DNA from: Dehalococcoidia bacterium
GTDB taxonomy: Bacteria > Chloroflexota > Dehalococcoidia > Lucifugimonadales > JADFKI01
Assembly: GCA_965242555.1 (NCBI GenBank)
Contig: CBDESO010000005.1
Coordinates: 2,579-66,578, forward strand
DNA: 64,000 nt
Direction: 5' to 3'
A model generated the notes under the pieces. That model saw only the letters and a program-made list of their open reading frames with translations. It had not been told where the DNA came from and did no database searches. Every line of letters begins with the position of its first letter. Position 1 is the first letter of the stretch. The translations under genes were made by a program, and so were the position numbers. Shown here one piece after another: positions 59,631 through 64,000 of this stretch.

Positions 59631-60962
59631 ATGCCCACGCCCCAACTCCGCCGCGAAACCAACCGCTTTATCGCCAACACCCCCAAATCCGCCGCCCTCC
59701 AGCGCGAGGCGAACCAATACCTCCCCGGCGGCAGCTCGCGCGGCACAGCCTACTTCGCCCCCTATCCCACTTTCATCGACCGCGCGCAAGGCCACTACGT
59801 CTACGACGTCGACGGCAACCGCTACCTCGACTTTATGATAAACGCCACCACCCACATCCTCGGCCACGCCCACCCCGACATCGTGGACGCCCTACAGCGC
59901 CAAGCCGCGCTCGGCAACTCATTCAGCGGCCCCACTGAGGCGCAAATCCGCCTGGCGAAACTGCTCTGCGACCGCGTCCCCTCCCTAGACACCGTCCGCT
60001 TCGCCAACTCCGGCACCGAAGGCACGATGATGGCGATCCGCGCCGCCCGCGCCTTCACCGGCAGGCACAAAATAGCCAAGTTCGAGGGCGGCTACCACGG
60101 CTCCCACGAATACGTCTCAGTCAGCGTGCGCCCGCCCGCCTCCGCCCTCCACCCCGACGGCACATATCCCATCCCTGAGCACCCCGGCCAGCCCCCCAGC
60201 GTCGCCGAAGACGTCATCACCCTCCCCTACAACGACCTCCCCGAATGCGACCGCATCCTGCGCCAACATTCCCCCGACCTCGCCTGCGTCATAATGGAAG
60301 TCGTCTCATCCAGCTTCGGCTACCTGCCCGCCCGGCCCGACTTCCTCAGCGGCATCCGCGCGCTCACGACTGAGCTGGACATCCTGCTAATCTTCGACGA
60401 AGTCCAAAGCTTCCGCGTATCCCCCGGCGGCGCTCAGGAACATTTCGGCGTAATCCCCGACATGACCACATTCGGCAAAATCATCGGCGGCGGCATGCCC
60501 GTTGGCGCGTGGGGCGGCCGCCGCGACATAATGGCGCTCTTTGACCCCGCCTCCGACGCCCCCCTAGCCCACGCCGGCACATTCAACGCCAACCCCATGA
60601 CAATGGTCGCCGGCGAAGTCGTGCTAAACCACTTGACCCCTGAAGTCTATGACCGCATGAACGCGCTAGGCGACACCCTCCGCGCCCAGCTCGCCGCCGT
60701 CTTCGACGAGCTCAACATCCCCGCCCAAATCACCGGCGCGGCCTCCCTATTCGGCATCCACTTCACCGACCGCCCCATCACCGACTACCGCTCCGTAGTC
60801 CACGCCAACAGCGACCTAACCAAAGCCCTCTTCACCGGCTTGCTAAACGAGGGCATCCTCCTCCAAACCTCTGCCGCCGGCGCCCTAAACGCCCTCACCC
60901 GCCAGCCCGACATAGACGCCCTAGTCACCGCCATCCGCCGCGTAGCCCAGCGCATAAGATAA
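59631..60962 (+). CDS. class III aminotransferase, glutamate-1-semialdehyde aminomutase-like
   Basis: LPGG.SR, DVDGN.YLD, NSGTE, KFEGGYHG, LIFDEV, PLP lysine FGKIIGGG, HAGTFNANP; AAGGAG SD. Confidence 0.9.
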   Translation: MPTPQLRRETNRFIANTPKSAALQREANQYLPGGSSRGTAYFAPYPTFIDRAQGHYVYDVDGNRYLDFMINATTHILGHAHPDIVDALQRQAALGNSFSGPTEAQIRLAKLLCDRVPSLDTVRFANSGTEGTMMAIRAARAFTGRHKIAKFEGGYHGSHEYVSVSVRPPASALHPDGTYPIPEHPGQPPSVAEDVITLPYNDLPECDRILRQHSPDLACVIMEVVSSSFGYLPARPDFLSGIRALTTELDILLIFDEVQSFRVSPGGAQEHFGVIPDMTTFGKIIGGGMPVGAWGGRRDIMALFDPASDAPLAHAGTFNANPMTMVAGEVVLNHLTPEVYDRMNALGDTLRAQLAAVFDELNIPAQITGAASLFGIHFTDRPITDYRSVVHANSDLTKALFTGLLNEGILLQTSAAGALNALTRQPDIDALVTAIRRVAQRIR

Positions 60963-60997
60963 ACCGCCGCAATCGAGCGATTAAGGGGGACACCCAC

Positions 60998-61204
60998 ATG
61001 GAAATCATCACATACAGCCCCGACGTAGACATCCTGCTGCTCAAAATATCCGACGCCCCCATAGAATACGCCGAAGAATCCGGCGGCATAATCGCCCACT
61101 TCTCCCCCGACGACAAGCCCGTCCTCCTAGAAATCCAGGACGCCAAGGCATTCGTAGCCCAGGCGCACGGCCGCGTGTTCGGGTATGAGGGCAGCGAAAC
61201 ATAG
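60998..61204 (+). CDS. DUF2283-like small protein
   Basis: I.Y...VDIL.L........AEE..GII..F.....V..EI.DA pattern, 68 aa; AAGGGGG SD. Confidence 0.7.
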   Translation: MEIITYSPDVDILLLKISDAPIEYAEESGGIIAHFSPDDKPVLLEIQDAKAFVAQAHGRVFGYEGSET

Positions 61205-61247
61205 GCGTCAATTGCGCGTTGTGACCGGCAAGCGCATTAGCCCACAC

Positions 61248-63355
61248 CTAGCGTACCCAAAACTTCGCCGGATCCAGTCCGCCTGCGTCCTTATGGCGAA
61301 CAGCATCTAGGACAGACAGCGTCCTATCTACTATATCCTTGCTATTCCCGTGGGTATCAACCCAAAGTGAATAGACTTTTTCCGATGTGAAAAATGGGTT
61401 TCCCGTTGGCCCCACAGGCTCGGTATGGACAACGTATCGACGTGTAGATTTTGGGCGTCGTATGGGACAGTCATCTGCGCTCAGATAGTCGTTGTTGATG
61501 AGCCAGCGAACACCTTCAACGAGTATTCCGTTCCATGTGCGTATAGTGGCCGTTGTCCCGTCACTGAATCTAATTTCTCTCGGTTTATGTCCGGAGGCAG
61601 CCTCTGACAAAGAACGCCATTCACCACTCGGCGCGAGCATTGTAGGTGAAGTATGTTGCTCGACGGGCAAAGGGGTAGGGGGATTACTGCCGCTGGCGCT
61701 TGTTTGGGAGCGCGCCAGAGTAGCTTGAATTGCGACGGGTTCATACCCACGCGCTCAATGATGACCCTCGCGTTTCTTATCGTGTATAAGGCAGAATAAT
61801 GCAACTCTACATAGAGCGAATTCACTTCTCCTGCATGCACGAATTCTTTGCCGTTTGGATGTGTAGGATCAGTGGCAACAAGATATTTCGCCCCCCGTTG
61901 AATAGGGCAATTACTTGTATCTAGATGCCTGTTGTTTGTGAGCCACCGAACCAATTCGGTCACTACATCACGCCAAAGATATATGGCAACCGACGAATTG
62001 TCGGAGAACATCATTTGGGTTGGCTTGGGGTCGCCCTGTTTTGGTTGAACATCAGGTAGCACCCGCCATTCGTCAGTTGACGCGATTGGCAAGGGGCTAG
62101 AGGAAATTACCGCCGGCGCCCGACCGGGAACGCTTTGAGATTCCCTTGGGTTTGCCTCTTGTGTGAATTCACCGCTACTCCCCGTATTGCCATCGTCGCG
62201 CGCAAATTCTTGAAAACCCCGCTTTACCAAGAATTGCGAGGCGTCCATACCCGCGCGCTCAATTATGAACCTCGCGTTTCTTATCGTGTCCGGGACAGTG
62301 TAACTCAGTTCAACATATAGCGAATTCACCTCTCGCTTATTTATGAATTCTTTGTCCATTGGATGTATAGGCTGAGTGGCAACGAGATACCTTGACCTCG
62401 TACGTTGAATAGGGCAGTCCTGCGCGTCTAACTTCCCATTGCTTGTGAGCCACCGAACTGATTCGATCACCAGTTGGTTCCATGCGCTTATTGCAACCGA
62501 CGAATCGTCAGGAAACATTATTTGCGTTGGCTTGACGTCGTTGCGGCCACGTTTGAGTTGAATCTCAGACAGCGCCCGCCAACCATCATCGCCAACCGCA
62601 ACGCCCGCTGCAGGCGGGGATGGCTGAACAATCGGCGACGCTTCAGGCTGCTTTGCCGCCGCCGACTCTTGCGGAACGCTAATCGCGGGCGCAGGTTGCG
62701 CCATAACTGGCGCAGATTCGGCAACGCTCACCGCATCAGCCGATTGCGCCGCGCCCGCCGACACTTCCCTCATCAACCCCGCTATCGGCGTTTCGGCGGG
62801 CCTAACATTTCCCGCGACCGCGCCATGCCGCCACAGCGCCAGCGCTTTCAAGCACACCTCAGCCGCCGAATCGTTTGACAGGTCAAACTCAACCACTTTC
62901 ATCTGCGGCGGAGAAACGCGCTTGCGCGTGTCATAAATTTCCCACTTCCTGCCGTTAGTCACCGCGAAGAAGTCGGTCTCGGTATTGACGCAACCCTGGA
63001 TTCCTTGCTGCAAGGCGTTGCCGTCTAGCAAAGGCTCGTCCAGTTTCTTGGCGTCCACCAATATCACAGGCTTGCCGCTGCTCGCATCCATAAGCGCGTA
63101 GCCTGCGCGCGCCTTATCCCCGCGCCACCTGTTGACCAGCCCGCGCACTATCCCTCCTCTGCCCTCGCCCGCGCCATCCACCGAAAACTCCGGTATCACC
63201 ACATCAAGATCTCCGGTATCCCACCCCAACTCGCGCAGCAGCGGATCAATCAGCGCATACCTTGTCAGCCACTCGCTTTGCCTAAGCGAATCGCCATGCG
63301 TCCCAATCCGCCCCCGCAACTTCCCCACCACCGCAAGCAGGCTTTCTAGCGGCAT
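61248..63355 (-). CDS. HsdR-N-like restriction nuclease domain fused to three copies of a repeated ~110-120-aa domain; 1-nt frameshift in G5 run 61678-61682
   Basis: E..TRYALIDPLLRELGWD....V.PEF, YAL, AKKL, TNGRKWEIY; repeats W..L....KP..I.F.D......W...V.E.VRWL....CPI...Y.V...P.....EVNSL; GAGG SD before ATG 63355. Confidence 0.75.
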
Positions 63356-63369
63356 AGCGTCGTCCTCAG

Positions 63370-64000
63370 TTACCACCGCACCTTGAACTCCGACGGATCC
63401 ACCATACCTACGCGCTCTATGACAGTGCGCGCGTTTCCCGCCGCAAACTCATAGTGCAGATCGTTGAGTACCCAGAGAGAGTTGACTTCGATCATTCCAT
63501 CGTGAGGCTCGCCTGATGGACGGACAGGTTCTTCAGCAACGACGTACCGCGTCGTTGCTTCCCGTGTCTGAATGGGACAGTATTCTCTGACTGGATGATT
63601 GTTATCGGTTAGCCACCGAACCACCTCTACCGTCAGCTCATTCCAATTGCTTGTAGCAATGGATGAGCCGTCAGGAAACATGATCCCTTGCAGTTTAGAA
63701 GTCCCCATGCCTATAGCCTCTGACAGAGGACGCCATTCGCCTGCCTCTTGCGGGAATTGATTGCTACTCTCCCACCGCACCTTGAACTGCGATGCGTCCA
63801 TTCCCGCGCGCTCAATGATGACCCTCGCGATTCTTGCCACATCTGGGGCCTCATGATGCGTTTCAATATGGAGCGAGTTCACTTCTTCACGCTGGTGCGT
63901 GTTGAAATCTTTGCCGTCTGGGTGTTTAGGCTCAGTGGCGACGAGATACCTGTCGTCGTTATCAGGGTCTTGAATAGGGCAATCGTCCGCCGTCAAACGC
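63370..64000 (-). CDS. protein carrying at least two more copies of the same repeated domain (5' end outside window)
   Basis: CPIQ...RYLVATEP.HPDGK.F...EVNSL...AR.IIERAGMDASQFKVRW repeated; frame open to window edge. Confidence 0.8.
   Translation of the reverse strand, partial: RLTADDCPIQDPDNDDRYLVATEPKHPDGKDFNTHQREEVNSLHIETHHEAPDVARIARVIIERAGMDASQFKVRWESSNQFPQEAGEWRPLSEAIGMGTSKLQGIMFPDGSSIATSNWNELTVEVVRWLTDNNHPVREYCPIQTREATTRYVVAEEPVRPSGEPHDGMIEVNSLWVLNDLHYEFAAGNARTVIERVGMVDPSEFKVRW

Noticed and set aside
59631-60962. Calling the aminotransferase hemL
   Set aside because: Lacks the PGGVNSPVR-type N-terminal motif and no tetrapyrrole genes nearby; left as GSA-like.

Overview
High-GC bacterial chromosomal window, mostly core and metabolic genes. 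I infer Chloroflexota (Dehalococcoidia/SAR202-like), possibly a host-associated MAG, from the large Alu-type SRP RNA, family-5 lipoprotein SBP, SDR/MaoC/PHP paralogs and the TPR and restriction genes; no rRNA marker is present to confirm this. Core blocks: peptide-type ABC importer without ATPases, dprA-topA-(flippase, MacAB-like exporter)-xerC, ffs-rsmA-ispE, acs, ppk2, ybeY-dnaX-ybaB-recR-recO, hflKC, and an ino1-pimA-pgsA-like inositol-lipid cluster. Defence-like genes are scattered singly among these without IS or prophage: (i) a 968-aa fused restriction-modification enzyme followed by a free-standing, same-length, diverged copy of its 316-aa specificity region (best candidate for an undescribed specificity-switching system); (ii) an HsdR-N-like nuclease domain with altered catalytic residues fused to a tandem array of a diversified ~110-120-aa domain (at least 5 copies over two genes); (iii) a Swt1-like HEPN gene paired with a 13-TPR gene; (iv) a DUF3644 gene and an MTase-Mrr fusion spliced into the dnaX-recO operon. 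Three genes have a strong SD in front of an in-frame ATT/ATC. Four single-base frameshifts are probably assembly errors. Family names are by motif recognition only; no database searches were run.
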